From: Deltaproteobacteria bacterium
GTDB lineage: Bacteria; Desulfobacterota; Dissulfuribacteria; Dissulfuribacterales; QOAL01
Direction of reading: 5' to 3'
Assembly (NCBI GenBank): GCA_026995935.1
Contig: JALWNK010000018.1
Location: forward strand, 1,245-65,244
DNA length: 64,000 nt
A model generated the notes under the pieces. That model was not told the origin of the DNA. It worked only from the letters and a program-made list of their open reading frames with translations, and did not search any database. The translations under genes were made by a program, and so were the position numbers. Shown piece after piece: positions 36,775 to 46,150 of the stretch. The stretch's first letter is position 1, and every line of letters starts with the position of its first letter.

Positions 36775-36791
36775 TGTTCATTCGATGAACA
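36775..36791. promoter_or_regulatory. palindrome TGTTCAT-TCG-ATGAACA (copy 2)
   Basis: 7-bp arms read directly, 82 bp from copy 1 and about 80 bp upstream of the MarR-EPS gene. Confidence 0.3.
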
Positions 36792-36870
36792 TGATATCAG
36801 GTGGGTATTGATCGGGAAATCCTCGAAATCTTCACCCAAATAGCGGTAGCTTGTCAATTTTAATCAGTTC

Positions 36871-37218
36871 TTGATGCTCGACGACGGTCTTAGTTACCAG
36901 CTCCTTCGCCTTTTAAGCAGCAGGCCAGCCATATCTCAAAGGGCCATTGCGACCTCGCTGGGCCTCAGCCTTGGCAAGATAAACTATGCCTTAAAGGCCC
37001 TTATAGAAAAGGGCTTTATCAAGGCGGAAGAGTTTTGTAATTCCAAGAACAAAAAGGCATACTCCTACATACTCACTCCCAAGGGGCTTGAAGAAAAGGC
37101 CAACGTGACCATCCGATACTTCAAGAAAAAGATGAAAGAGTATGAAAATCTCCAGCAGGAAATTGAGGAACTTAAGAAAGAGGTAGAAAAGATTTCAGAG
37201 GGAAGGTCCAATAAATGA
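36871..37218 (+). CDS. MarR-family EPS-associated transcriptional regulator
   Basis: About 115 aa. Block [31 protein letters not shown]...[17 protein letters not shown] is typical of the short EPS-locus MarR family, and the gene sits first in the EPS locus. Confidence 0.75.
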   Translation: MMLDDGLSYQLLRLLSSRPAISQRAIATSLGLSLGKINYALKALIEKGFIKAEEFCNSKNKKAYSYILTPKGLEEKANVTIRYFKKKMKEYENLQQEIEELKKEVEKISEGRSNK

Positions 37219-38522
37219 ACATCACCATGATTGGCACCGGTTACGTGGGCCTTGTAACAGGTACCTGTTTCTCAGAGTTTGGCCATCATGTCACATGTGT
37301 TGACAAGATAGAGGACAAGATAGAAAGCCTTAAAAGGGGTGAGATCCCCATTTACGAGCCTGGGCTTGATACACTTGTGGCCAAAAATGTCAAGGAAGGC
37401 CGCCTTAAGTTTACTGTTGATCTTGCGGCATCAGTGCCTGGTGCAGACGCAATTTTTCTTGCCGTGGGAACCCCGAGCAGCAGGAGGGGAGATGGATATG
37501 CAGACCTTACCTACGTCTATCAGGCTGCACGGGAACTTGCCCCGCATCTTTCAGGTTACACCGTTGTGGTTGATAAGAGCACTGTGCCTGTCGGCACTGC
37601 AAGGCAGGTGGCCAGGATTATTAAGGAAGAAAACCCAGATGCAGACTTCGATGTGGCCTCAAACCCGGAATTTCTTCGTGAGGGAGCGGCCATTAACGAT
37701 TTCATGCGTCCTGACCGGATAGTAATCGGGGTTGACAGTGAACGCGCTGAAAAGGTGCTTCGGGAAATTTACAAGCCACTTTATCTAATAGAAACACCCA
37801 TAGTTTGCACAACTATTGAGACGGCAGAGCTCATAAAATATGCCGCAAATGCTTTCTTGGCCATGAAGATCAGCTTCATAAACGAGATGGCCAATGTTTG
37901 CGAGGCCGTGGGTGCAGACGTAACATCACTTGCCAAGGCCATAGGAATGGACAAGCGCATAGGGCCCAAGTTTCTCCATCCAGGTCCTGGGTATGGCGGT
38001 TCATGTTTCCCAAAGGATACCCTTGCCCTCTTAAGAATTGCTCAGGAGTATGGGGAAGGGTTACGTCTGGTGGAGGCAGCAGTTGAAGTAAACGCTGCAC
38101 AGAAGGCAAGGATGGTGAAAAAGATAAAGGATGCCCTGGGCGGATCTGTAGCCGGTAAAACAGTGGGGTTTCTTGGGCTGACCTTTAAGCCGGAGACCGA
38201 TGACATGAGAGAGGCGCCATCTGTCACCATAATTCCGGCACTTATGGAAAAGGGTGCAATTGTGCGTGCCCACGATCCCCAAGGCATGAAAGAGGCCCGG
38301 AAATATCTACCCGATGAAATAGAGTACGTCAGCAACGCCTATGAGGCAAGTAAGGATGCAGATGCCCTGGTCCTCATGACGGAATGGAACCAGTACCGGG
38401 CCCTGGACATGGAAAGGATACGTACCCTTATGAGGCAGCCCGTGTTCATTGATCTTAGAAATGTCTACGATCCTGAAACCATGAAGAAGCTGGGCTTTAA
38501 ATACACAGGAGTTGGAAGATAG
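37215..38522 (+). CDS. ugd: UDP-glucose 6-dehydrogenase
   Basis: 435 aa. Motifs GTGYVGLV and catalytic GGSCFPKD. Confidence 0.9.
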   Translation: MNITMIGTGYVGLVTGTCFSEFGHHVTCVDKIEDKIESLKRGEIPIYEPGLDTLVAKNVKEGRLKFTVDLAASVPGADAIFLAVGTPSSRRGDGYADLTYVYQAARELAPHLSGYTVVVDKSTVPVGTARQVARIIKEENPDADFDVASNPEFLREGAAINDFMRPDRIVIGVDSERAEKVLREIYKPLYLIETPIVCTTIETAELIKYAANAFLAMKISFINEMANVCEAVGADVTSLAKAIGMDKRIGPKFLHPGPGYGGSCFPKDTLALLRIAQEYGEGLRLVEAAVEVNAAQKARMVKKIKDALGGSVAGKTVGFLGLTFKPETDDMREAPSVTIIPALMEKGAIVRAHDPQGMKEARKYLPDEIEYVSNAYEASKDADALVLMTEWNQYRALDMERIRTLMRQPVFIDLRNVYDPETMKKLGFKYTGVGR

Positions 38523-38566
38523 CCCTTTGTTTTCCGGTTATTGAGCGAAGCGAGTGGTTTTAAATA

Positions 38567-39427
38567 GTGGCGCAAATTCTTGTAACCGTGGATCTGGAAG
38601 ACTGGTTCCAGGTGGAAAATCTCCGTTCTTGCTTTCCTATTGATACATGGCAAAATTGCGAGCTGCGGCTTGAGGAACCCACCCATAAACTACTTGAGAT
38701 ATTTGACTCTTACAATATCAAGGCCACGTTCTTTGTCCTTGGCTGGATTGCAAAGCGCCTCCCGAATCTTGTAAAAAAAATAGGCGGTCATGGGCATGAA
38801 ATTGCAAGCCACGGCTACGGACACAGGCTTTGCAGTGACATTGACCATAAAGCCCTGAGAAAAGACATTCTTGAAAGCAAAAAAATATTGGAGGACGTTA
38901 CCTCAAAATCCGTCCTAGGCTATCGGGCCCCAAGTTTTTCAATAAACAAAACCCTTGTTTCCATCCTTAAAGATACTGGATTTGTATATGACTCAAGTTA
39001 CAATGATTTTAGCGTCCATGGCCGGTACGGTTCCCTCCACGGAAGTTGGAAAGAGGTAAGGCCAGGACTTTTGCAAGACCATGAAGGGTTTCATGAACTG
39101 CCTATTAGTAACCTCAAGTTCGGGGGGCGAACCATTCCGTGGGGTGGAGGGGGTTATTTCCGCATTATTCCCTCGTTGCTATTTAACAAGGGAGTAAAAA
39201 GAATTCTCAAAAGGCGAGGCTCTTACCTCTTTTATTGCCATCCATGGGAATTTGACCCGGGACAACCCAAGGTCAAGGTCCTTAACTGGAATCACCGTTT
39301 CAGACACTACACAAGTATAGGCGGAAATCTTAAAAGGCTTAAAAATTTTTTGAGAAATTTCCAGGACGATCAATTTGAGTTTCTAACATGCTCTCAGTTT
39401 GTCGCCTTAGACAAACAGGCGGTTTAA
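38567..39427 (+). CDS. polysaccharide deacetylase, exosortase/PEP-CTERM-locus subfamily (DUF3473 C-domain)
   Basis: N-terminal VTVDLEDWFQ, NodB-type HGYGH, 286 aa, in an exosortase locus. Confidence 0.85.
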   Translation: MAQILVTVDLEDWFQVENLRSCFPIDTWQNCELRLEEPTHKLLEIFDSYNIKATFFVLGWIAKRLPNLVKKIGGHGHEIASHGYGHRLCSDIDHKALRKDILESKKILEDVTSKSVLGYRAPSFSINKTLVSILKDTGFVYDSSYNDFSVHGRYGSLHGSWKEVRPGLLQDHEGFHELPISNLKFGGRTIPWGGGGYFRIIPSLLFNKGVKRILKRRGSYLFYCHPWEFDPGQPKVKVLNWNHRFRHYTSIGGNLKRLKNFLRNFQDDQFEFLTCSQFVALDKQAV

Positions 39428-39428
39428 C

Positions 39429-40874
39429 ATGAAAATCATCCCTGTTATACTTTCTGGAGGTTCAGGTTCAAGGCTTTGGCCACTTTCCCGCCATGCCTAT
39501 CCTAAACAGCTTCTTGCCTTAACAGGACCCGATACCCTAATACAGCAGACAGTCAAACGCGCTTCAGCTCTTTCTGACACTTCATCTCCGTTGCTTGTAT
39601 GCAACAACGAGCATCGTTTTTTGATTGCGGAACAGCTGCAGCAGATAGACGTAAAACCCCTAGATATAATCCTTGAGCCGGCAAAGCGTAACACTGCACC
39701 AGCAGTGGCTGCGGCCGCCCTTTATTGTAAAGAAAAGGAACCTGAAGCGGTAATGCTTGTTCTTCCTGCGGACCACCTCCTTGAAAACCAGGTGGAATTT
39801 CAAAAGGCGGTTGTTCAAGGCCTCTCCCTGGCCCAGGAAGGCAGTCTTGTTACCTTTGGAATAAGGCCGGCCTTTCCAGAAACTGGCTATGGGTACATAA
39901 AAAAGGGAGAAAGGCTTTCAGACAGGGCCTTCAAGGTGGAAAAATTTATTGAAAAACCAGATAAAAAACGTGCAGAAGAATATGTGGCCTCCTCTAAACA
40001 TCTTTGGAACTCTGGTATGTTTCTCTTTCGCCCTGTTGATTATCTTGAAGAACTTAAAAAGTTTGAACCTAAAATATATGAGAAATGCCTTGAGGCCTAT
40101 GAACACGCGATAAAAGACCTTGATTTCTTACGCCTTGAAAAAGACGCATTTGAGGCATGTCCTGCCAATTCAGTTGACTATGCGGTAATGGAAGGAACCG
40201 ATAAGGCAGCAGTTGTCAGCCTTGAAAGTGGCTGGAACGATATAGGTTCCTGGTCCTCGTTGTGGGAGGTTCTTCCCAAAAGACATAACTCCAATGTTGT
40301 GCGTGGAGACGTGGTTTTTGAAGACTCCTCTGACTGCCTGCTGTTTTCAGAAAGCAGATTGCTTGCAGCCCTGGGTGTAAAGGACCTTGTGGTGGTTGAG
40401 ACAAAGGATGCAGTGCTAGTTGCCCATAAGAGCAAAAGCCAGCAGGTCAAGAAAATAGTTAGGCACCTAAAGGAAAAGGGAAGGGAAGAGTTCCTCTTTC
40501 ATTCCAAGGTCTATCGTCCCTGGGGCTCTTACGAAGGCCTCGTATCAGGGGAGCGTTTCCAGGTAAAGCTCATCACGGTAAAACCAGGGGCAAGGCTCTC
40601 AGTGCAGATGCACCATCACAGGGCGGAGCACTGGATAATCGTAAAGGGCACCGCCAAGGTACGGCGGGGTGATGAAACCGTGCTCCTGACTGAAAACGAA
40701 TCCACCTTTATTCCCTTAGGTACGGTGCACAGCCTTGAGAATCCTGGTAAGATTCCCCTTGAGCTCATAGAGGTGCAAAGCGGTCCTTACCTCGGTGAGG
40801 ATGATATAGTCCGCTTTGAAGACATGTACGGCCGGGTGAAAAGCCGAGCCCACAAAGGGCATAACAAAAAGTAA
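39429..40874 (+). CDS. manC: mannose-1-phosphate guanylyltransferase / mannose-6-phosphate isomerase
   Basis: N-terminal ILSGGSGSRLWPLSR and C-terminal cupin block HHRAEHWIIVKGTA. Confidence 0.9.
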   Translation: MKIIPVILSGGSGSRLWPLSRHAYPKQLLALTGPDTLIQQTVKRASALSDTSSPLLVCNNEHRFLIAEQLQQIDVKPLDIILEPAKRNTAPAVAAAALYCKEKEPEAVMLVLPADHLLENQVEFQKAVVQGLSLAQEGSLVTFGIRPAFPETGYGYIKKGERLSDRAFKVEKFIEKPDKKRAEEYVASSKHLWNSGMFLFRPVDYLEELKKFEPKIYEKCLEAYEHAIKDLDFLRLEKDAFEACPANSVDYAVMEGTDKAAVVSLESGWNDIGSWSSLWEVLPKRHNSNVVRGDVVFEDSSDCLLFSESRLLAALGVKDLVVVETKDAVLVAHKSKSQQVKKIVRHLKEKGREEFLFHSKVYRPWGSYEGLVSGERFQVKLITVKPGARLSVQMHHHRAEHWIIVKGTAKVRRGDETVLLTENESTFIPLGTVHSLENPGKIPLELIEVQSGPYLGEDDIVRFEDMYGRVKSRAHKGHNKK

Positions 40875-40880
40875 AAAAAC

Positions 40881-41080
40881 AAAAGCTGAACCGCAAAGGC
40901 GCAAAGAACGCGAAGGTTTTTGATTCTTCCCTGTCGGGGTGAACCGACAGGGAAGGAACAGCTTCTTGATGTTAGGTTTTTAGGTTTTTCCTTGGCGTCC
41001 ATTGCGTCTTGAATCCGCTGAAAGCGGATGGGCGGTTTAAAAGCAAAAGCTGAAACGCCTGGGTGCTGAGGACGCGAAGG
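40881..41080 (-). repeat. H-X-Y modular repeat family 2, block a (only block in minus orientation)
   Basis: X module 40881-40915, hairpin TTCCCTGTCGG-GGTGAA-CCGACAGGGAA 40927-40954, Y module with hairpin ATCCGC-TGAAA-GCGGAT 40990-41042, and a degenerate X at 41045-41080. Confidence 0.85.
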
Positions 41081-41096
41081 TTAATTTCGGTAAGCA

Positions 41097-41894
41097 ATGA
41101 TAGATACATTCAGCATATATAATGACTTGAAAGACAGTTTTGGTGATGAACCTGCCAGAAAGATGACTCAGGTCATCAGGCAGATTTACGAAGAGCTCAG
41201 TCAATCGGTCAGGAAAGAGGATTTTAATGAGCTTAAAAGTGTTGTTAAGGAGCTTGTCGAGGCTCAGCGTGGTACAGAAAAGCGCCTTGATTCCCTGACT
41301 GTCAAAGTCGAAGAGCTTGCAGAGGCTCAAAAGCGCACCGAACTTAAGGTCGAAGAGTTAGCCGAGGCTCAGCGTGGTACAGAAAAGCGCCTTGATTCCC
41401 TGACTGTCAAAGTCGAAGAGCTTGCAGAGGCCCAAAAACAGACTGAGCTGGAAATCACTAAACTTTCAAAGGGGCTGCGCCAAACCAGACAGATGGTCGG
41501 CGGGCTTTCTGACAGCGTCGGTTATGGCCTTGAAGACAGGGCAATAGCAGTCATGCCCTCACTACTCAAAGAAAAATTCGGCATAGAATCAGACAATGGT
41601 TTTGTAAGAAAATACATAATTCTGGACGGACAAGAAGTTGAACTCAACATGTTCGGAACAGGTCATAAGGCCGATGAAAAATGGTTTGTAGTAGGTGAGG
41701 CTAAGGCGAAGCTGTCCCAAAAAGATGTGGATAAATTCTTAAGGCTGTTAAGCCGCCTCAGGACTTCCAAATTTGTGGAGGATCAGGTTTTTCCCATTAT
41801 AGTCACCTATTCCACCCGTCCAGCAACCCAGAGATACGCTGAAGAAAAGGGTATAAATATCATCTGGTCATATGAGCTGGAAAAATATAGATGA
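41097..41894 (+). CDS. coiled-coil protein (DUF3782-like repeats) with C-terminal PD-(D/E)XK nuclease-like domain
   Basis: 265 aa. Heptad-rich EELAEAQ repeats. The C-terminal block VELNMFG...WFVVGEAKAKL carries an E-x-K motif. I recall this family being annotated as chordopoxvirus-fusion-protein-like. Confidence 0.55.
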   Translation: MIDTFSIYNDLKDSFGDEPARKMTQVIRQIYEELSQSVRKEDFNELKSVVKELVEAQRGTEKRLDSLTVKVEELAEAQKRTELKVEELAEAQRGTEKRLDSLTVKVEELAEAQKQTELEITKLSKGLRQTRQMVGGLSDSVGYGLEDRAIAVMPSLLKEKFGIESDNGFVRKYIILDGQEVELNMFGTGHKADEKWFVVGEAKAKLSQKDVDKFLRLLSRLRTSKFVEDQVFPIIVTYSTRPATQRYAEEKGINIIWSYELEKYR

Positions 41895-41911
41895 TCCCAA
41901 AGGAGAGTATT

Positions 41912-42823
41912 ATGAGGTATGGGCTGAGGCTTGTATTTTTCTTTATTTTGTTGCCCTGTGTTGGATGTCAAAGCAATCAGCCAGTTCAAAAAAGTATTTA
42001 TGAGGTGAAGCCTGTGAAAAGCCTTGATCTATCAAAATTTCCCGATACTCCCCCATCGAATCCACTAAATCTACTGTTCATTCATCACTCTTGCGGCGGC
42101 CATTGGCTAGCCGACAAGGGGCCTTCTGCGGGAGACAATTGTATTTATGAAACCCATCCAAACGGGGGAGGTTTGCGAAGCCTTTTAGAAAAAAACAACT
42201 ACGTAGTCCATGAAGCATCTTACAATTCAATTATTGGTGATAAGACCGATATCCTCGACTGGCCTCCAAAATTTCAAAACCAGATGGACAGAATTCTCAG
42301 GACCAAAATGCAGGATGAACTGCTGCCTGAAGGTGAAAGAAACCAAATCATAATGTTCAAATCCTGCTATCCAAATAACAACTTTCCAAGCGATGAATCT
42401 GTAAAAAAGGCACAAGAAGCATACAAGAGCCTATTGCCCATTTTTGAAAAATATCCACACACCCTCTTTGTTGCCGTTACTGCACCGCCCCTGGTTCGCC
42501 CTTATGAAACCCAAAATTCCCTAAAGGCCTTTGTTAAAAAACTGCTTGGCAGATACAAAGATGTCCCTTCCATTGGCAGGCGTGCCCGCTATTTCAACAA
42601 CTGGCTGAAAGATGTAGAATCTGGGTGGCTGAGTGGGTATCCTTTAAAAAACGTGGTGGTCTTCGATTACTACGATATCCTTACTAAGAATGGAAAATCC
42701 AATTGGGCGGAATATCCAACCAAAGAAGGCCGCGACAGTCACCCAAGCAGTGAAGGCAATTCCGTGGCAGCCCAGGAATTTGTGCATTTCCTCAACCGGG
42801 CAGTCCACCGTGCAGGTATCTAA
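41912..42823 (+). CDS. hypothetical lipoprotein, possibly SGNH-hydrolase-like
   Basis: RBS AGGAG then MRYGLRLVFFFILLPCVGC (lipobox). Blocks LLFIHHSCGG, FKSCYPNN and RDSHPSSEGN resemble SGNH blocks I, III and V, but this is weak. ORF track start is 41891. Confidence 0.45.
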   Translation: MRYGLRLVFFFILLPCVGCQSNQPVQKSIYEVKPVKSLDLSKFPDTPPSNPLNLLFIHHSCGGHWLADKGPSAGDNCIYETHPNGGGLRSLLEKNNYVVHEASYNSIIGDKTDILDWPPKFQNQMDRILRTKMQDELLPEGERNQIIMFKSCYPNNNFPSDESVKKAQEAYKSLLPIFEKYPHTLFVAVTAPPLVRPYETQNSLKAFVKKLLGRYKDVPSIGRRARYFNNWLKDVESGWLSGYPLKNVVVFDYYDILTKNGKSNWAEYPTKEGRDSHPSSEGNSVAAQEFVHFLNRAVHRAGI

Positions 42824-42828
42824 CAATG

Positions 42829-42970
42829 TTAAACCGCCCGCTCCTCTTAAGACGCCAAGAACGCCAAGTAAGAACCAACGCCAAGCAAGCTGTTGATTCC
42901 CTGTCGGTTCACCCCGACAGGGAATAGAAAGATAAACTTCGCGTTCTTTGCGCCTTAGCGGTTCAATTTC
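42829..42970 (+). repeat. H-X-Y repeat family 2, block b
   Basis: Y-derived 42829-42895, hairpin 42896-42925 (CCCTGTCGG/CCGACAGGG), X 42937-42970. Starts 6 nt after the lipoprotein stop and ends 1 nt before the vapC stop. Confidence 0.85.
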
Positions 42971-42971
42971 T

Positions 42972-43391
42972 TTAATATAATGACGGGATGGATAGCTTTT
43001 TCAACGCGCTTTTGAATTTGCGATCGAATGTGGCAACCTTGGAACCCTTTCTTGCCTTACAGACTGAGGCTACGATAGCATCACCGTAATCTGGGATTTT
43101 TTCAGGCCAATATGCAAAAAGAATTTCTAAGTCTAATTCATGAACCACTTCAACTCCTGGCATCAAAATAAAATCTGTTATCATTTCTTTTATCACTGAT
43201 AGGCCCAGCCCATAAACATTTTCTAGTACATAGACAAATTCGGTGAGGACATTTTGCGGACATAATACCAGGATTTCCAGGTTTGCCACCTTCTCGAAGA
43301 GTTCGGCTATTCTGTTTTGCTGGTCTAGGTCTCTGTCTGTGACGAATGAAATGAGAGCGTTTGTGTCTATGACAACCTTGTGTCTTTTCAT
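42972..43391 (-). CDS. vapC: PIN-domain toxin (VapC family)
   Basis: 139 aa. N-terminal VVIDTNALISF acidic motif; overlaps the upstream antitoxin gene by 4 nt. Confidence 0.85.
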   Translation of the reverse strand: MKRHKVVIDTNALISFVTDRDLDQQNRIAELFEKVANLEILVLCPQNVLTEFVYVLENVYGLGLSVIKEMITDFILMPGVEVVHELDLEILFAYWPEKIPDYGDAIVASVCKARKGSKVATFDRKFKSALKKLSIPSLY

Positions 43392-43621
43392 TGGTGTTTC
43401 TCGGCCCTGATTTTTCTAGCTGATTTGATGTCAGTTTGGATATTCCCATGACCAACTTTCACAGTGTTCCTGAATCTAAGAAAATGTTTTCTTGTGGGTA
43501 TAACTATGATCTTGCCGTTTTCTATTTTCCACTCGATGGTATCCCTAACAGAAAGGTTCATGGCCTCTCTGATGGGTTTAGGAATGGTTGTCTGGTATTT
43601 AGACGTAATTAATGTACGCAT
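43388..43621 (-). CDS. AbrB/MazE/SpoVT-family antitoxin
   Basis: 77 aa. SpoVT-AbrB block SKYQTTIPKPIREAMNLSVRDTIEW. Confidence 0.8.
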   Translation of the reverse strand: MRTLITSKYQTTIPKPIREAMNLSVRDTIEWKIENGKIIVIPTRKHFLRFRNTVKVGHGNIQTDIKSARKIRAEKHQ

Positions 43622-43696
43622 TTTCCATCCTCCCGAACACAGAAATTCTTACAAAAAAAGCATAACGTAAGAAATAAAAGCCGTCAATTTTTTGTA

Positions 43697-43837
43697 TTAA
43701 ACCGCCCGCTTCACTGAAGCCGCAATGTACGCCAAGGAAAAACCAAGGCATGCAAGTGTTATTTACCCATCGGTTACCCCGATGGGTAAAAGAATTAACC
43801 CCTTTGCGTCCTTTGCGCCTTTGCGGTTCAATTTTTT
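43697..43837 (+). repeat. H-X-Y repeat family 2, block c
   Basis: Y-derived 43697-43760, hairpin variant ACCCATCGG-TTACC-CCGATGGGT 43762-43790, X 43801-43837. Confidence 0.85.
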
Positions 43838-43950
43838 CCTTCTTGACCGCTTCAACACGCCTATCATACGGGAATACACACTGGGTAGAGGAACATGCAT
43901 GCAAGATGGTCTTATGAGCTGGAGAAAGAAATAAAAACAGTAAATAACGT

Positions 43951-44487
43951 ATGAATTTTAAGGCAGTTGTCAGTGCAATTATACCATTTTTCCAGGCAGA
44001 GAATTGTCGTTTTGCTTTAGCCGGAGCTTTTGCTCTTCACGCCTATGGCCTTTCAAGGGCAACTGGTGATATAGACTTTTTGCTGGACTCGGCATGCAGG
44101 GAGAAAGTGGTTAGATTTCTTGAGGATTTAGGATATGAAACCATTTATAAATCCGAGGGATATTCTAATCATGTCCATAGCATTTCTTCAATGGGGCGAG
44201 TAGATTTTATTTATGTTGACGGAGAGACAGCCAAAAGCCTGTTTTCAGAAATGGGACCAAGTCTGAAAATTGACCAATGGAGCATACCGGTTCCTTCGGC
44301 GGAACACCTTATCGCATTAAAGGTATTTGCTATGAAAAGCGATCCTTCAAGAACATTTCAGGAGATGGCTGATATACAGTTTCTGATAAATTTACCCGAT
44401 ACTGACCGGAACAGGGTAAAACAATATTTCGAACAGTACGGTTTGTTGGAGCGCTACAATGAGATCCTTGACAAAAATATTGAATGA
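43951..44487 (+). CDS. nucleotidyltransferase-fold protein (DUF2204-like, tentative)
   Basis: 178 aa. Minimal NTase motif FALAGAFALHAYGLSRATGDIDFLL (G-x-x...D-x-D). Confidence 0.55.
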   Translation: MNFKAVVSAIIPFFQAENCRFALAGAFALHAYGLSRATGDIDFLLDSACREKVVRFLEDLGYETIYKSEGYSNHVHSISSMGRVDFIYVDGETAKSLFSEMGPSLKIDQWSIPVPSAEHLIALKVFAMKSDPSRTFQEMADIQFLINLPDTDRNRVKQYFEQYGLLERYNEILDKNIE

Positions 44488-44659
44488 TAAGGTGGAGCTG
44501 GATGTAAAATTAAGTGAGAAAGATATCCAGGCCTTGAGGATAAAGAATACCTCAATGAAAACCACTGATTACCTTGAATTCCTTAAATCTGTCAATTCTG
44601 TTGGAGTAAATGTTAAATGGCGCAAAGGTCCACGCGGGAAAAAATTTGAACTGCCCTGA
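44459..44659 (+). CDS. hypothetical small protein overlapping the 3' end of the NTase gene
   Basis: 66-aa ORF that overlaps the upstream gene by 29 nt. No recognisable family. Confidence 0.3.
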   Translation: MRSLTKILNDKVELDVKLSEKDIQALRIKNTSMKTTDYLEFLKSVNSVGVNVKWRKGPRGKKFELP

Positions 44660-44696
44660 GATATGATTTTTAAAGGTCAGCATCAACAGCCCAATT

Positions 44697-44958
44697 TCAC
44701 CTCCCGCTTCACTCAAGCCGCCAAGCAAGCTGTTCTTCCCTGTCGGTATACCCCGACAGGGAAGAATTAAAAATCTTCGCGTTCTTCGCGCCTTTGCGGT
44801 TCAGTTTTTGTTTTTTTAAACCGCCCATCCGCTTTCGGCGGATTCAAGACGCCAGGAACGCCAAGTAAGAACCAACGCCAGGCAAGTGTTAATTTCCCAT
44901 CGGTTACCCCGATGGGAAATAAGCCCGAAATCCTTAGCGCCCGTAGCGGTTCAACTTT
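44697..44958 (+). repeat. H-X-Y repeat family 2, block d (tandem dimer)
   Basis: Hairpins 44735-44764 (CTGTCGG type) and 44892-44920 (CATCGG type); X modules 44775-44809 and 44932-44958; Y with ATCCGC/GCGGAT hairpin at 44815-44890. Confidence 0.85.
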
Positions 44959-44962
44959 AATA

Positions 44963-45349
44963 ATGCATCAGATTGAAGACATTGGACGAGAAATAATACA
45001 TTCAGCTATCAAGGTTCATAAGGCGCTTGGTCCTGGGTTGCTTGAATCTGTATATCAGAGGTGCTTGGCCTATGAACTTGAAAAATCCGGCCTTTCAGTA
45101 AGATGTGAGTGTGCCATGCCCGTGCATTATGAGGGCATGGAGCTTGATATGGGCTTTCGTGCCGATATGGTTGTTGTTGACATGATTATTGTGGAAAATA
45201 AAACCGTTGACAAAATCCTGCCGATTCATGAAGCACAACTCCTGACTTATCTCAGATTGACCAATCTGAATCTCGGCTTTCTTTTAAACTGGAATGTCGT
45301 ATTGATGAAGGATGGTATAAGACGCATGGTCAACAGGTTAGATGAATAA
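44963..45349 (+). CDS. GxxExxY-family protein (PD-(D/E)XK fold)
   Basis: Block IIHSAIKVHKALGPGLLESVYQRCLAYELEKSGL...VENK. The ORF track start 44912 lies inside repeat block d, so ATG 44963 is preferred. Confidence 0.8.
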   Translation: MHQIEDIGREIIHSAIKVHKALGPGLLESVYQRCLAYELEKSGLSVRCECAMPVHYEGMELDMGFRADMVVVDMIIVENKTVDKILPIHEAQLLTYLRLTNLNLGFLLNWNVVLMKDGIRRMVNRLDE

Positions 45350-45366
45350 ACCGTGCCGCATGGTTT

Positions 45367-45442
45367 CTTCCCCGTCGGTATACCCCGACAGGGAAGAATC
45401 AAAAAATCTTCGCGTTCTTCGCGCCTTTGCGGTTCAGCTTTT
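45367..45442 (+). repeat. H-X-Y repeat family 2, block e
   Basis: Hairpin 45367-45396 and X 45408-45442. Confidence 0.85.
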
Positions 45443-45454
45443 AATAATGGCCTG

Positions 45455-45850
45455 TCACCAAATTGTTACGAGCCTTTCAACCTCATGCAATCTTTTGTCT
45501 GCTGTAATAAGAGGAGCACGATGGTGAATAGCTGTCGCAGCTATTATCCTGTCAGCAGGGTCTTTATGAGTGAAAAAATCTGCCTGAGAAAGAGCAGCTA
45601 TCTCTGGGGTTATAGGCAGGATCTTCAAATACAAGACCTTGATAAGGTCATTTAGATAAACGGGAATGGAAATATCGTTTCTTATGCGGCCACCTGCAGA
45701 CAGCATTGCTATTTCCCACAAAGAAATATCAGCACATGCAAGTTGTTTCTGGTCTATGGCTGTCTCAAGTGCATCGGCTGCCTTGGGACTAAGCCGTTCA
45801 GGGGCATCCTGCCAGAAAATGAGAACATGAGTATCACAAATTGTCAGCAT
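45455..45850 (-). CDS. vapC: PIN-domain toxin (VapC family)
   Basis: 131 aa. Blocks ICDTHVLIFW and DPADRIIAATAIHHRAPLITADKRL. Confidence 0.85.
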   Translation of the reverse strand: MLTICDTHVLIFWQDAPERLSPKAADALETAIDQKQLACADISLWEIAMLSAGGRIRNDISIPVYLNDLIKVLYLKILPITPEIAALSQADFFTHKDPADRIIAATAIHHRAPLITADKRLHEVERLVTIW

Positions 45851-46076
45851 CTGCTGTCCAATCGGTATTTTTAACCGGCTCGATTATGTCGCCCTTGATC
45901 ACGGTACCACGTAGTTTCATAAGCCTGTTGCGCGCCGCTTCCACTTCATCTTTTTCAGGTATGATCCTGGCTATGACTCTCCCACGGCTTGTAACTCGGA
46001 GTTCCGTTCCCAGTTCCACCTGTTTCAGATAATATGGCAGGCGCTTTCTCAGTTCGGTAACATTAATTTCAGGCAT
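45834..46076 (-). CDS. Phd/YefM-family antitoxin
   Basis: 80 aa. Block INVTELRKRLPYYLKQVELGTELRVTSRGRVIARIIP. Confidence 0.85.
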   Translation of the reverse strand: MPEINVTELRKRLPYYLKQVELGTELRVTSRGRVIARIIPEKDEVEAARNRLMKLRGTVIKGDIIEPVKNTDWTADADNL

Positions 46077-46150
46077 GTTGCGCTCCGCAAAACGTACACT
46101 TTATATGTACATTTTAAGAAGGGCGTCATTGTTGTCAAGATATAAGGTAT

